NCBI GenBank assembly: GCA_013239625.1
Contig: MU053376.1
Location: forward strand, 2,096,507-2,160,506
Source: Lama guanicoe
Taxonomy: Eukaryota
Length of the DNA stretch: 64,000 nt
Reading direction: 5' to 3'
Positions 63,767-64,000 of this stretch are shown piece after piece. The position numbers and the translations under genes are program-made. The stretch's first letter is position 1; each line of letters opens with the position of its first letter. The notes under the pieces were generated by a model. The model saw only the letters and a program-made list of their open reading frames with translations. It ran no database searches and was not told the origin of the DNA.

Positions 63767-64000
63767 GTGGGTCTGAGCCCCTTCACTTGTTGCACAAACC
63801 CAGCCTGCAGGGCACATCGGGTGGGCTCAGGGGGGCAATGGTCCTTCACCACCCAGCGTAGGTGGGGGCCACGCGCAGCAGCGCACCAGGAAAATGACTC
63901 AAGGGAGTCAAGCCGGGGTGGGGGCCGAGGCTCTGTGTTTAAGGCAGGATGGTAGGCACCCTCGGGGAGCAAGTCAGGGCCTGTGTCTGGCAAGGCCTGT

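Noticed and set aside
63767..64000. Apparent loss of the SARAH domain, with ORF 63671-63955 continuing past the exon
   Set aside because: The ORF simply reads into the intron; the last exon is expected beyond the window end.
1..64000. CRISPR array, operon or other prokaryotic-type system
   Set aside because: No regularly spaced repeats or dense ORF clusters; the sequence is plainly a spliced mammalian gene.

Overview
Mammalian genomic DNA, probably camelid given its tRNA-Ala-derived Vic-1-type SINEs. The window lies entirely inside RASSF5 (NORE1/RAPL), a Ras/Rap effector, on the + strand. Five coding exons are recognisable with canonical splice sites and consistent phases. They are the NORE1A exon encoding the C-terminal half of the C1 domain (24738-24859), the CpG-island alternative first exon of RASSF5C/NORE1B/RAPL (CDS 38495-38614), and three shared exons encoding the RA domain region (61602-61715, 62904-63201, 63651-63766). 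NORE1A exon 1 lies upstream of the window and the SARAH-domain last exon lies downstream. The rest is intronic, with typical repeats (L1, MIR, L2, MaLR/MER21 LTRs, hAT and Tigger MITEs, SINEs, microsatellites). I see no convincing new multi-gene system. The best leads are: a uORF whose stop abuts the weak RAPL start codon; a candidate third in-frame first exon (about 54.4-54.85 kb); a candidate poison mini-exon (4659-4691); a duplicated RUNX/E-box/ETS/C-EBP module behind the RAPL promoter; two composite retro-insertions with TSDs suggesting 3' transduction; and an exact 47-bp templated duplication. Repeat subfamily names and comparisons with human or mouse proteins are from memory and need database confirmation.
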